From a virus, in the IMG/VR virus record IMGVR_UViG_3300037337_000170, positions 1-64,000 of that record: 64,000 nt of DNA; one strand, given 5' to 3'. A program made the translations under genes and the position numbers. The number at the start of each line of letters is the position of its first letter. Position 1 is the stretch's first letter. Shown one piece after another: positions 34,080-43,442 of the stretch. Under the pieces are notes generated by a model. That model had not been told where the DNA came from. It saw only the letters and a program-made list of their open reading frames with translations, and made no database searches.

Positions 34080-34973
34080 ATGTCCTTATCAATTGCAGAC
34101 CTACGCGCTCTACGCTCTAAAGGTTTCGGTGATGTAACCGCCGCATTAAACAAAAAAAGTGAATATGCCAAGGATGACGAAGGCTACTTTAAATTAACGG
34201 CTGACAAGGCTGGTAATTCCTCTGCTGTCATTCGATTCCTACCTAAGCACGTCGATGATGAACTACCTTGGGTCACATACTACACCCATGGTATTCAGGG
34301 TGACAATGGCAAATGGCTAATCGATAATTGCCCAACCTCTATTGGTCAACCATGCCCCGTCTGTGAAGCCACCCGCAAACTATATCAGGGTTCTGAGGAT
34401 GATAAAAAAATTGGTGCAAAGCGCAAACGCCGCCAATCTTATGTAGCCAACGTGTTGGTTATTTCTGACCCAAAAAATCCAGAAAATAACGGAAAGGTTG
34501 CTCCATTCAAATTCGGCAAAAAGATCTTTGAAAAGATGATGGGTGCAATTCAACCAACCTTTGAAGATGATACCCCAGTTAATATCTTCGATCTTTGGGA
34601 AGGTGCTGCATTCAAACTACGCATGCGTAAAGTAGAAGGTTATCCTAACTACGATCAGAGCAATTTTGAGTCGCCATCTGAAATTGCTGATTCCGATGAT
34701 GCTATTCTAAAGATTATGAATCAGGTTACCTCTCTGCGTCCTATTATAGCACCTTCTAATTTCAAGTCATACGCTGAACTAGCAACTAAACTAGCCAGTA
34801 TTGATGCAGATGGCGGTGGCGGTTCGACCGCAGAAAAGATTGTTGAACAGATGCGCTCTGAGCCAACCAAACCCGCTAAGGCTATTGATACACCTGCTAA
34901 GACTGCACCTTTGTCAGCTGTTGATGAAGATGAAGATCTAAATGCATATTTTGCAAGTATGGCAAAAAGCTAA
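34080..34973 (+). CDS. gp32: single-stranded DNA-binding protein gp32
   Basis: AVIRFLP, H..Q...W.IDNC...CPVCE, KFGKKIF, NYDQS.F, acidic tail. Confidence 0.95.
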   Translation: MSLSIADLRALRSKGFGDVTAALNKKSEYAKDDEGYFKLTADKAGNSSAVIRFLPKHVDDELPWVTYYTHGIQGDNGKWLIDNCPTSIGQPCPVCEATRKLYQGSEDDKKIGAKRKRRQSYVANVLVISDPKNPENNGKVAPFKFGKKIFEKMMGAIQPTFEDDTPVNIFDLWEGAAFKLRMRKVEGYPNYDQSNFESPSEIADSDDAILKIMNQVTSLRPIIAPSNFKSYAELATKLASIDADGGGGSTAEKIVEQMRSEPTKPAKAIDTPAKTAPLSAVDEDEDLNAYFASMAKS

Positions 34974-34984
34974 GTTGTAAAAGC

Positions 34985-35006
34985 TACTGGGTCAGGTGAC
35001 CCAGTA
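34985..35006 (+). other. stem-loop downstream of gp32
   Basis: TACTGGGTCA-GG-TGACCCAGTA without a U-tract. Confidence 0.5.
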
Positions 35007-35032
35007 ATTCAACCCCTACTTTGAACTTAACA

Positions 35033-35197
35033 ATGAATAATCAAGAACTTATTACTGAACTAGAATTGATGTACAAAAAACTAATTAGTCTAGGAAGTTA
35101 TGATAGAGCGCAGGCAGTGTTACTGAAACTTTCTGACTTAAAAACTCAGAATGAATCAAGTACTACTATTGACGGTAAAATTATCCTACTAGGATAA
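35033..35197 (+). CDS. small hypothetical protein (54 aa)
   Basis: ORF ends right before a terminator. Confidence 0.45.
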   Translation: MNNQELITELELMYKKLISLGSYDRAQAVLLKLSDLKTQNESSTTIDGKIILLG

Positions 35198-35200
35198 ACC

Positions 35201-35222
35201 AGGGAGCTTCGGCTCCCTTTTT
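35201..35222 (+). terminator. intrinsic terminator
   Basis: AGGGAGC-TTCG-GCTCCCT followed by T-run. Confidence 0.88.
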
Positions 35223-35256
35223 GTTATGGTAAATACAAAAATATTTTATATAAATC

Positions 35257-35799
35257 ATGCTACCATCATTCAGTTACAGTAATATCGACGGCATAGGCCC
35301 TATTGTTGATGATATGTTAGAAACTATTATTGACCCACTAGAACTAGCCTTGTATCTGCCGTCTGTACTTTATGCTGATTACTTTTCTATTGACATTACT
35401 GTAAATGTAATATACTTTGACGAAGTGTTGGGGACTAGGGTTTTACCAGCCAAGATTGTTGAGGTTAACCCAATAATCGGATTAACAGCCGTTATTAATT
35501 CTAATGTAATCACACTTAGTGGTAATCATATTTCTAGCTTTGATGATAATTATATTTTTATTGATAATCCTAAATATGTTATCAATAGAAAGGTCGACAA
35601 GGTGCGAAGCCTTATAGAATATATAATGCCACCTGATATATTACAACTTATACCGCTACCATTTACCATAACAATGCCATCTAGTCCCTTTGGGTCAGGA
35701 CCAGAAACCACCATTCATACAGAATTATATCAGTGGGTATATTGGACTGTATTAGAGGCTGAAAAAAATATTAAACTATATGTGTCGGAAGGATTATAA
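35257..35799 (+). CDS. hypothetical (probable virion) protein
   Basis: 180-aa ORF coupled to the PAAR gene. Confidence 0.6.
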   Translation: MLPSFSYSNIDGIGPIVDDMLETIIDPLELALYLPSVLYADYFSIDITVNVIYFDEVLGTRVLPAKIVEVNPIIGLTAVINSNVITLSGNHISSFDDNYIFIDNPKYVINRKVDKVRSLIEYIMPPDILQLIPLPFTITMPSSPFGSGPETTIHTELYQWVYWTVLEAEKNIKLYVSEGL

Positions 35800-36107
35800 T
35801 GCCTGCTATTTCCCGTCAAGGTGATTCCGTCATGAGTCCAGACGGAGCCAGAAGAAAATGTAGATCACCAATGAAAACCTCTGTGGACGAGGTGAATACG
35901 GTAAATGTATTTGCAAATGGTATTCTTATAGTCGCCGCTGGCGACCAAATAGCCGCACACCCTAAGGCAGGATGTTCACCCGATGAATCTACTCTTTCAG
36001 TAAACTCGACCACAGTCTTTATTGGAAATGACGGAGTAGGCAGAATCGGTGACAAATATGGCAATAATACAATTACACAAGGTAGTTCGAATGTTTTTGC
36101 CGGTTAG
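35799..36107 (+). CDS. PAAR-domain spike tip (gp5.4-like)
   Basis: MPAISRQGD, NVFANG, H, TVFIG..GVGRIGD, GSSNVFAG. Confidence 0.85.
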   Translation: MPAISRQGDSVMSPDGARRKCRSPMKTSVDEVNTVNVFANGILIVAAGDQIAAHPKAGCSPDESTLSVNSTTVFIGNDGVGRIGDKYGNNTITQGSSNVFAG

Positions 36108-36108
36108 A

Positions 36109-38142
36109 TTAAATCATATTGTAACGTAGACTCTGCATTATAAAAGGGTCCTGATTTCTTATCGCAGTTCTCTCTTTTATTTCAGTACTATTATTGACAT
36201 TGGACACGGGAGCATTCACTATGTTTGTGGCTGCTCCTGTATTAGTTTGCTCTCTGGCATTTTCGATAGCCATACTATCTGCGGTTATTGAATTTGCTAC
36301 AGCAGTTGGTGCAATAGATTTTTTGCCAATCAGTAGTACTTCATTTGCATTTAGGCTATCGGCTAATGTCACTGGATCAAGTTTTTTATTATCTATCTTG
36401 GCTAGATCCGCACTCCTCAAAGAAGGGACGGTACCAACAGGTTGCTCAGACCCCCGTCCAGTCAACTGGTCGAAGTTCTCATATAAACCCATCGCACCAC
36501 CGGCAAGCCCGCCTACGCCTGCGCCTACAGCGGCTCCGACTGGACCTAGCATACTTCCTAACATGGCGCCGGTGCCGGCAAAACTAACTGCCTGTGAGCC
36601 GATTCTTGCACCTGCTGCTGATTTATTATATCCAGCATCCTCAAGAGCATTCCCCCCAGCATTTAAGGCCGCGCCACCTAACATTCCCGCAATTCCGCCT
36701 GCTGCTCCCCGAAGTAGACCTGGGGCATTTGCGGCTACACCTGACTTTATTCCAGTAAATGCCCTAGAAAGTCTTGAGCTAACTGGCGCTGGTTGAGCCC
36801 CCGGTAATTGAGCGGGACCTGGTATAGATGGTGCTGATGATGGTCGTCTCGTATCAGAATTCGATGATGGCACTCCTGCCATAGGCGGTGGAGCTGGCGA
36901 TTGAATTCCAGAATTCGATGGTAGCACTCCTGGTAATTGAACAGGACCTGGTATAGACGGTGGTGCTGACTTTATTGTAGATGGCACTACTGGAGAGCGT
37001 CTGGTATTAGAATTCGACGGCATCGAATTCTCAATATCTGGTAATTGAACAGGACCTGGTATAGATGATGCTGGACCTGATGGGCTTATTCTAGGTGATG
37101 ACGGTGCACCAGGCGATCTATTTCCGCGCGATCTATTGCTTGGTTGTCTTCTTGTTCTTTGTTTTCTTTCTGGGCTACTATCTATTAAGGAGTCTACTAA
37201 CGAGCCTGAGCCAGATATATTAAACGTGTTAAAAATCTGAGATACATCTTGGTCGAATAGTGGTTCATTTTTTTTAGCCTCTAATCTTTCTTCCTCGGCA
37301 ATTAATTCGTTTGTTTTTGCAATAGAATTAATATCGGATGCTCTATTCTGTGGCGGCTGAGTGTTAATACCTGCCCCTACTATTTTTTTAAGTTCTATTA
37401 ACTGTTGTTCTAATAATGTTTTTAGTGGAAGTATGTCAATATTGCCAAGCGCGCTACTAGAATTACTTACTGGTGCTAGATTAGTGCTAGAATTGGTATT
37501 AGTTACTGGTGCTAGATTAGTGCTAGAATTGGTATTAGTTACTGGTGCTAGATTAGTTACTGGTGCTAGATTAGTGCTAGAATTACTAGAATTGGTGCTA
37601 GAATTAGTTACTGGTGCTAGATTAGTGCTAGAACTAGTTATTGTATTAGATGGTATACTAGATGGTGTTATGGCAAGTCTATCAGACTCTTGTGAGATAG
37701 CATTGGAAACAGAAAAATTATTACTTGTGTTACCTAATACGGGTCTTAAATTTGCCGGCGACTGTCCCTGTTGATTGGTCATCATTCCAGATAAACCAAC
37801 AGGGTTATAGTTATTACCAATAGTAGAACCTATGTCTGCTGCTACTCTAAGCCTAGATAACTCATTTGGACTCTTTTGTCCGAATGAAGTTTTAAGATTG
37901 CTGGAAAGTCTTTCTATTGCTGTAATTAAAAGATCTTTTTTCCTTAACTCATCTTTGGCCAGCAGTAACACCCTTTCCTCAATCGCCAATTGCCTATCCC
38001 TAAAAAACCCAGTTTGAGTATTTTCAGAAGTTTCATTGTCATTATTTGCTATCGGCTCAGATAGATCCCCCTGTGCTAAGAGTGCGGGGTTCTGTATTGC
38101 AGAAATTAAATCTGGATTTTTTGGTCTGTTATCTTGAATCAT
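36109..38142 (-). CDS. baseplate hub / tape-measure-like protein (gp29-like)
   Basis: Follows gp26-gp51; low-complexity repeats, Gly-rich hydrophobic segment, C-terminal NIVNAP..N.N. Confidence 0.65.
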   Translation of the reverse strand: MIQDNRPKNPDLISAIQNPALLAQGDLSEPIANNDNETSENTQTGFFRDRQLAIEERVLLLAKDELRKKDLLITAIERLSSNLKTSFGQKSPNELSRLRVAADIGSTIGNNYNPVGLSGMMTNQQGQSPANLRPVLGNTSNNFSVSNAISQESDRLAITPSSIPSNTITSSSTNLAPVTNSSTNSSNSSTNLAPVTNLAPVTNTNSSTNLAPVTNTNSSTNLAPVSNSSSALGNIDILPLKTLLEQQLIELKKIVGAGINTQPPQNRASDINSIAKTNELIAEEERLEAKKNEPLFDQDVSQIFNTFNISGSGSLVDSLIDSSPERKQRTRRQPSNRSRGNRSPGAPSSPRISPSGPASSIPGPVQLPDIENSMPSNSNTRRSPVVPSTIKSAPPSIPGPVQLPGVLPSNSGIQSPAPPPMAGVPSSNSDTRRPSSAPSIPGPAQLPGAQPAPVSSRLSRAFTGIKSGVAANAPGLLRGAAGGIAGMLGGAALNAGGNALEDAGYNKSAAGARIGSQAVSFAGTGAMLGSMLGPVGAAVGAGVGGLAGGAMGLYENFDQLTGRGSEQPVGTVPSLRSADLAKIDNKKLDPVTLADSLNANEVLLIGKKSIAPTAVANSITADSMAIENAREQTNTGAATNIVNAPVSNVNNSTEIKERTAIRNQDPFIMQSLRYNMI
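36803..37066 (-). repeat. three dispersed SIPGP(V/A)QLP coding repeats
   Basis: GGTAATTGA(A/G)C(A/G)GGACCTGGTATAGA at about 36803, 36931 and 37039. Confidence 0.8.
37452..37640 (-). repeat. tandem 18/36-bp coding repeats (STNLAPVTN)
   Basis: Repeated AGATTAGTGCTAGAATT and TTACTGGTGCT units. Confidence 0.85.
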
Positions 38143-38143
38143 A

Positions 38144-38320
38144 TTAGCTCTGCAATTTTTGTTTTTTCTCTTCTAGATATTGTTTCAATAATATAACATA
38201 AACTTCCCGTTCATAAGGAATCATGCTGTTTAGATCGCCCATTGTATAACCGTGGTGTTGCATTAATGCAAAATTCATCTGAAGATGATTAATAAGGTTA
38301 TCAGAACTAAGGCATATTAA
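38144..38320 (-). CDS. gp51: baseplate hub assembly chaperone gp51 (probably entered by -1 frameshift)
   Basis: LICLSSDNLINHLQMNFALMQHHGYTMGDLNSMIPYEREVYVILLKQYLEE; absent from the ORF track. Confidence 0.8.
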   Translation of the reverse strand, partial: LICLSSDNLINHLQMNFALMQHHGYTMGDLNSMIPYEREVYVILLKQYLEEKKQKLQS

Positions 38321-39024
38321 AAAAAATTATTAAGACCCCGTAATGTCTTTTTATGCTCAGTTTTACAACTGGGGCAGGTCCAGTCGAATGAAAGTCTGGT
38401 TTCCGGCATAGAATCAAAGAAACTTGCTAGCTTATTATATTGAGCAGTAGTGAACTTCTGTACAAACTTTATCATTGTCTCACGAGACTCTTCTTTGGCA
38501 TGATATTGATTATCACCATCGAATGCGGTTTCGATTGAAAGGGCTACCAACTGTAATTTTGTAGCGTCTGCATCGTCTCCGTCTACAACAGTTGTTGTCA
38601 TTTCTTCTAGTGATGGATATCTCATTTTTACCGCTAGAGTTGTAGTCAATTTGATAATCTTATTATGATCGGGCGCAGTATATACCTCTACTTTTTCTAG
38701 GGGAATAGAAATAGGTGTGGCCTTCTCACATGCTGGGCATGTAATTTCTATTAGAGATTCTTCTCCAATAGATTTCATTCTAATCTTAACAAAAAGATAT
38801 TCGATATCAAATGTGGTGAGATTTTCTGTAGCCGATAAAGGTTGAATACATGCCCTAACCACCGCACCAATGGTATTCACCATGGTAACAACATCTTCAG
38901 ATTCTTGGGCACCTAGCAGAGAACGCTCTTCTGAAACCAAAAACGGTCTAAAACTAACTCTTTCGTTGGTCGATGGAATGACACAACCATATATTGGTGT
39001 TGTTACAATATTTAAAATACTCAT
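38317..39024 (-). CDS. gp26: baseplate hub subunit/chaperone gp26
   Basis: FRPFLVSEE, FDIEYLFVKIR.KSIGE, two CxxC, ends LRGLNNFF. Confidence 0.9.
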   Translation of the reverse strand: MSILNIVTTPIYGCVIPSTNERVSFRPFLVSEERSLLGAQESEDVVTMVNTIGAVVRACIQPLSATENLTTFDIEYLFVKIRMKSIGEESLIEITCPACEKATPISIPLEKVEVYTAPDHNKIIKLTTTLAVKMRYPSLEEMTTTVVDGDDADATKLQLVALSIETAFDGDNQYHAKEESRETMIKFVQKFTTAQYNKLASFFDSMPETRLSFDWTCPSCKTEHKKTLRGLNNFF

Positions 39025-39425
39025 GATTTAGTTTCCTTGTTTGATAGGAGTGCAGATAATTCGGCTGTGGTACCACTGAATACAATATTGTTAGTAGTAC
39101 TGTTATTCTGAACGGCTTTTGTTATTCCAGCCAGAGAAGTCAGCTTTTGTTCCATGGCATGCATTGCCATTATTTTACTATTTAAGTCTGCCATTGTGGA
39201 CATTAATGTGGCTACTACTTCAAAAGCTTTAGGATCTTCTGCTGCAATTGCTACACTTAATGCTTCCCGAAGGGCTACTCCACCTACCTCTAGTAGATCT
39301 TTTATATTAGACCGGGATTCTGCACTATCAGTTACTACTGTGGCATTAACATCATCACGAACCGCCGGAGTAAAATTATATTTGACTGGATTGACATTAA
39401 ATGTCGAGGATAGTGTGTTTTTCAT
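39021..39425 (-). CDS. terminase small subunit-like (gp16 family)
   Basis: SR.NI..LLE.G...EDPKAFEV...TNNIVFSGTTAEL. Confidence 0.7.
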   Translation of the reverse strand: MKNTLSSTFNVNPVKYNFTPAVRDDVNATVVTDSAESRSNIKDLLEVGGVALREALSVAIAAEDPKAFEVVATLMSTMADLNSKIMAMHAMEQKLTSLAGITKAVQNNSTTNNIVFSGTTAELSALLSNKETKS

Positions 39426-40744
39426 AGACCGTCCAAATTGGATAATTCCGATGCAGTATTGTTAATATTATTACTATGAATACCAATTATGTTACCTAAT
39501 CTGGCCAGTGTATCAGAAACAGCCCGTGTAGCACCTGGTAAGGCTTCAATAGAGTTGGAAATGACTGTTAGACCTGTATCAATCCCAATCATACCAGTGC
39601 CCATACCAGTTAGACTACCAGTAACATCACCTAATTTAATTAAAGGCTTGTTCAATTGTGCACTTGCCCCTAGTAATTGACTAGAAACCTTTGATAACCC
39701 AGAATTCTTAATACCTAATGCATTGGCAAGACTATTTAATTGATTCGTAGTATTAGCAATACTGTTAATTGATCCTCGTAGAGCAGCGGCGGGAGCAGTT
39801 AATTGCTGAAGATTTTTACCTAACATGGCTAAATTTCCACCAAACTCACCGAAACCAGTACCTAGTTTTCTGGTGATAGTAGATAACTCTATAGATCCTG
39901 ATCTGGGGCCCTGACCTGGTATAACAATATTTGATTCTTTAATTGCGTTAACACATGAATTCACTTCTGATAATATATTGCCTCCAATTGTTGGTCCATT
40001 CTGTGCCATGGCGGCACCTATACCTAAAAATGGATTTGAATTAAATAGATTAGTAGCATCTGATAAGGCTGTACTTATCGAAGTAGGTAAAGATAGACCT
40101 ATGTTTGAAGCAAATGAGGCTAGACCACCAACATTTAAACCACGTGCTATTCCAGTAAAATTACTTAGTCCTTCATTAGAAAGTCCGCCTAATGATGATG
40201 ATAATTTTTTCTGTATGGAACTTTGCGGATCCTGGCTATTATTACTCCACCATTTATATTGAATGGTGACATTTAGCTTTAATGGGCTATGATCTGAGTA
40301 GGATAGAGATATATCTGAGACTGTTTTAGGGAATGCTTCATGAAGTACCACACTGTATACTTCCTTACCAGCCCTATCCTGCAAAATGATTTTAAGTGGT
40401 TTAACATAATCCCTATAAAACCCAGCAGTTCTATCAATGGGTTGATATACCTGATTCATCCAATTACGAAAGTATGCTCTGGTATCAAAATTGCCAGTCA
40501 AATAGAATGATAATGACACCGGTGGATATGTAATGCCATAGGAATATTCGGTCACCTCACCAAAAGCCCTTAACTCAGAAGTCATTATATTAATACCTGG
40601 TAATGCGGCCATTTCGCAAAGCATTGATACTTCAGTGGTGCCAGTTGAACCTACTGTAGGTAGAATGATAGAAAAGTGAGAACCACCTAAAATACCCTGG
40701 CTTTTTACTGTGCCAATAAATTCGTTATATGATGCATATGACAT
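39422..40744 (-). CDS. gp54: baseplate tail-tube initiator (gp54-like) with long C-terminal extension
   Basis: Tube-fold motifs LCE.AALPG, F..WM, LHEAFP..VS.I.LS..., VTIQY.W. Confidence 0.7.
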   Translation of the reverse strand: MSYASYNEFIGTVKSQGILGGSHFSIILPTVGSTGTTEVSMLCEMAALPGINIMTSELRAFGEVTEYSYGITYPPVSLSFYLTGNFDTRAYFRNWMNQVYQPIDRTAGFYRDYVKPLKIILQDRAGKEVYSVVLHEAFPKTVSDISLSYSDHSPLKLNVTIQYKWWSNNSQDPQSSIQKKLSSSLGGLSNEGLSNFTGIARGLNVGGLASFASNIGLSLPTSISTALSDATNLFNSNPFLGIGAAMAQNGPTIGGNILSEVNSCVNAIKESNIVIPGQGPRSGSIELSTITRKLGTGFGEFGGNLAMLGKNLQQLTAPAAALRGSINSIANTTNQLNSLANALGIKNSGLSKVSSQLLGASAQLNKPLIKLGDVTGSLTGMGTGMIGIDTGLTVISNSIEALPGATRAVSDTLARLGNIIGIHSNNINNTASELSNLDGL

Positions 40745-41334
40745 TAAAATTTACCTCTTGAATCTTTCCAAACACTTTTTGCAGAAGACTTTTGAAAGCT
40801 ATGAAATGGGAGTATACTTGCGGTATACCAATCCTTGGTGGCTATTTCCATAAAAGGTGATCTAACTTGATCGATCAAATATGATTTGATACATGCCTTA
40901 GCAGGGCCTAATTTAGCCACACTTTTAATTAGACCCCAATCATATTGCATTTTAGCCCTTGGATTATTGATATTCATGCCGGTGGTTTTTATTAGCGCCT
41001 TTAACAATTCGAACCGTATAGGGTAGTCAAGATAGTGTAAATTCAAACCGATAAAGTGTGTGGCTGATTTATCGTATGGCAGTATTAAAGGAAATGTATC
41101 ATAATACGGTAAGGTTTCCTTGGTTTTTGGATCATAAAGAAATGCATACATTCTACCGGGTACTATAACATTGGTCAAACCTTTACTCTCGGAAATAAGT
41201 GTATTGGGTTTTATTTTCTGCTTATTAATACCAGCAATCTTTTCATTAAACCATGCAGAACTATTTTTTATTTCTGATGGTGTTACTCTATATAGATCAA
41301 AAGCCGTTTGTTTTTTATCTTTTTCCATCAGCAA
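40744..41334 (-). CDS. gp2: DNA end protector gp2
   Basis: YDPKTKETLPYYDTFPL, GLNLHYL, IKSYL..QVRS. Confidence 0.9.
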   Translation of the reverse strand: MLMEKDKKQTAFDLYRVTPSEIKNSSAWFNEKIAGINKQKIKPNTLISESKGLTNVIVPGRMYAFLYDPKTKETLPYYDTFPLILPYDKSATHFIGLNLHYLDYPIRFELLKALIKTTGMNINNPRAKMQYDWGLIKSVAKLGPAKACIKSYLIDQVRSPFMEIATKDWYTASILPFHSFQKSSAKSVWKDSRGKF

Positions 41335-41765
41335 TTCAATTCTTTTTCTGTTAGAATAATAAAGACCATATTATTCTTTACACACCAAGCCTCCGCAGCC
41401 TTCCATTTGGAACTATTGACCGCGTAGGTCTTAGTAGCCTCAAGTAGATATTTGGTCTTTCGTATATTGGCGGGCGGTATGGTTTCCTTAAACGGTTTAA
41501 TCTCGGCTACATAACGAGTCACAACTCCGGCATTGTCTTTTATTTCCATAATAATATCTGGAAAATAACGATGTATCTTATTGTCGACGGGGGATAAATA
41601 CGGGATTACAAGCTCTTCACTTACCCATTTTATTACCTGTGGATTTCTATCACACCAATTAAACATCTTTACCTCCCACGAACTACGGGCTATAATTTTT
41701 TGATAATCGCCGATGTATTTTTCTGGATTGGTGGGAGACCATAGTCTTGGTTTAGGGCGTGCCAT
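41328..41765 (-). CDS. gp4: head completion protein gp4
   Basis: NPEKYIGD, RSSWE, W.SEE..IPY.SP.D...HRYFPD, EIKP, N..KWKAA. Confidence 0.92.
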   Translation of the reverse strand: MARPKPRLWSPTNPEKYIGDYQKIIARSSWEVKMFNWCDRNPQVIKWVSEELVIPYLSPVDNKIHRYFPDIIMEIKDNAGVVTRYVAEIKPFKETIPPANIRKTKYLLEATKTYAVNSSKWKAAEAWCVKNNMVFIILTEKELNC

Positions 41766-41774
41766 ATTGTCAGA

Positions 41775-41792
41775 TATAAATAATTATTTATC
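41775..41792. promoter_or_regulatory. divergent late promoters
   Basis: TATAAATA on + (41775-41782) and GATAAATA on - (41785-41792) between gp4 and gp48. Confidence 0.65.
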
Positions 41793-41809
41793 TACCTATA
41801 AAAATAAAC

Positions 41810-42883
41810 ATGGCAACCCAAGCAGACAGAAATCGTATTACATCGCTAAGTGACTTCAGCGATTCCAATGGTAAAAAATACGATATTACCAATCACTCAT
41901 ACCCAGAGGATATTGAAGGTTCTGCCCAATACGGTTCCCATAAGGTGGTGTTTTTTATTAATGTACCTGTAGGTAGTAGACAGGCTAGAGGAGCCGCCGG
42001 GGCATTCGGTGTCGGTTCGTCTCTATTTGATGTACCCTTAGAAGATCAAAGAAGACTAAGTGGGCTCAGTACAATAACTGCAGGTCTTGGTTTAGGAAGA
42101 ATAGCTGGCTCTATTGGTGGATCAGTGACGGCCGATTCTAGTACCACAACAGGTATTTTAGATGCGGATAAATCAATCGGGTCCGATTCGATGAAGCGGT
42201 TGACGACGGCGATTTGTTTACATATGCCTAACTCTCTTAGAACCAGTTGGGGTGTTCAGTATGGTGAAACAACAGCAGAAGATTTCGCCATGAATGCCGC
42301 AGAGGGTGTGGCCGGTGTTGGTGCTTTGATTGGTGGTGCTGCTACCATGGCAGGTAGCTCGCGGTTTTCCAATGCGGCGGTTGGTGTTGCTGGTATTGCA
42401 GCTGGTGTTACTGCTGGACTATCAATAGCTAAAAAAATAAGTAATAATTTATATACTCAAATCGCCACTAAAACAACCGCATCTAATGCCAAATCTGAGC
42501 AATTGTTTAAACAGGTTACGTTTAGAGAATTTGAATTTAGCTATAGCTTTTTTCCAAAAAGCGCTACAGAGGCAGAAAACGTATTAAAGATTATTAGATC
42601 ATTTAGACATCATATGCTACCAGAATTCAAAAATAATACCGAATTCATGTTTATCTATCCATCCCAGTTTAATATTAAGTACTATTTTGGTTCGATTGAA
42701 AACCAAAATATTGAAAAACAAATGACTGCAGTTCTTACACAAATGTCTGTTGACTATACCCCCAATGGTCAATTCACGACATTTGCCAACGGTGCGCCGA
42801 CACAGATTAATATGGCATTGAATTTTAGGGAAATTGGAATTACCACCAAGGAAACAAGCCCAGCAGATTCGGTTGGTATCTAA
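41810..42883 (+). CDS. gp48: baseplate tail-tube cap gp48
   Basis: ICLHMP, EQLF..V.FREFEF.Y.F.PKS..EA, YPSQF.I, VDYTPNG, F.E. Confidence 0.88.
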   Translation: MATQADRNRITSLSDFSDSNGKKYDITNHSYPEDIEGSAQYGSHKVVFFINVPVGSRQARGAAGAFGVGSSLFDVPLEDQRRLSGLSTITAGLGLGRIAGSIGGSVTADSSTTTGILDADKSIGSDSMKRLTTAICLHMPNSLRTSWGVQYGETTAEDFAMNAAEGVAGVGALIGGAATMAGSSRFSNAAVGVAGIAAGVTAGLSIAKKISNNLYTQIATKTTASNAKSEQLFKQVTFREFEFSYSFFPKSATEAENVLKIIRSFRHHMLPEFKNNTEFMFIYPSQFNIKYYFGSIENQNIEKQMTAVLTQMSVDYTPNGQFTTFANGAPTQINMALNFREIGITTKETSPADSVGI

Positions 42884-42892
42884 GGTTAAATC

Positions 42893-43426
42893 ATGAGTTA
42901 TTTTCAGAACTTTCCAAAAATATTTTATCAGTTCAATGTAGGCAATAGGTCAGAACTAAAAATAATTACCGACCTAGCATTTAATACCAGAGTCCGGGAC
43001 GATATTCTTGAAAATATAGATATTTTCAATGAGTTGTTTATCAAAGAAGGTGATACACCTGAGATTATCTCTGAAAAATTATATGGGACACCGCTGTATC
43101 ATTGGGTGGTTATGCTAGCCAATAATATGTTGAGTATGGAAGATTTTCCAATAGGTGGACTAGAGTTAGAAGAGTATACATTTAAAAAATACCGACTTAC
43201 GCCTAATGATGACAAACAGACTGTTCTAACTTCAAGAAAAATGTTATTCGGTCAACCGCTGACTTGGGACTATAAAAATGATATTCGCGCCGAGGACGAA
43301 CCATTTACCAGAAGCGTTACCAATATTGAATACGAACTCTATCTAAACGAGAGTAAGAAAAAAATTCGTGTAGTAAGTCCACAGATGATAGAGCAAGTAG
43401 TTTCCCAATTTAATAAACTATTTTAA
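42893..43426 (+). CDS. gp53: baseplate wedge gp53
   Basis: YFQNFP, GDTPEIISEKLYG...HWVVMLAN, NE.K..IRV. Confidence 0.9.
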   Translation: MSYFQNFPKIFYQFNVGNRSELKIITDLAFNTRVRDDILENIDIFNELFIKEGDTPEIISEKLYGTPLYHWVVMLANNMLSMEDFPIGGLELEEYTFKKYRLTPNDDKQTVLTSRKMLFGQPLTWDYKNDIRAEDEPFTRSVTNIEYELYLNESKKKIRVVSPQMIEQVVSQFNKLF

Positions 43427-43442
43427 TAAAGATTGAGTTACA

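Noticed and set aside
36194-37774. Plus-strand ORFs 36194-36796 and 37361-37774
   Set aside because: Antisense shadows of the repetitive gp29-like gene
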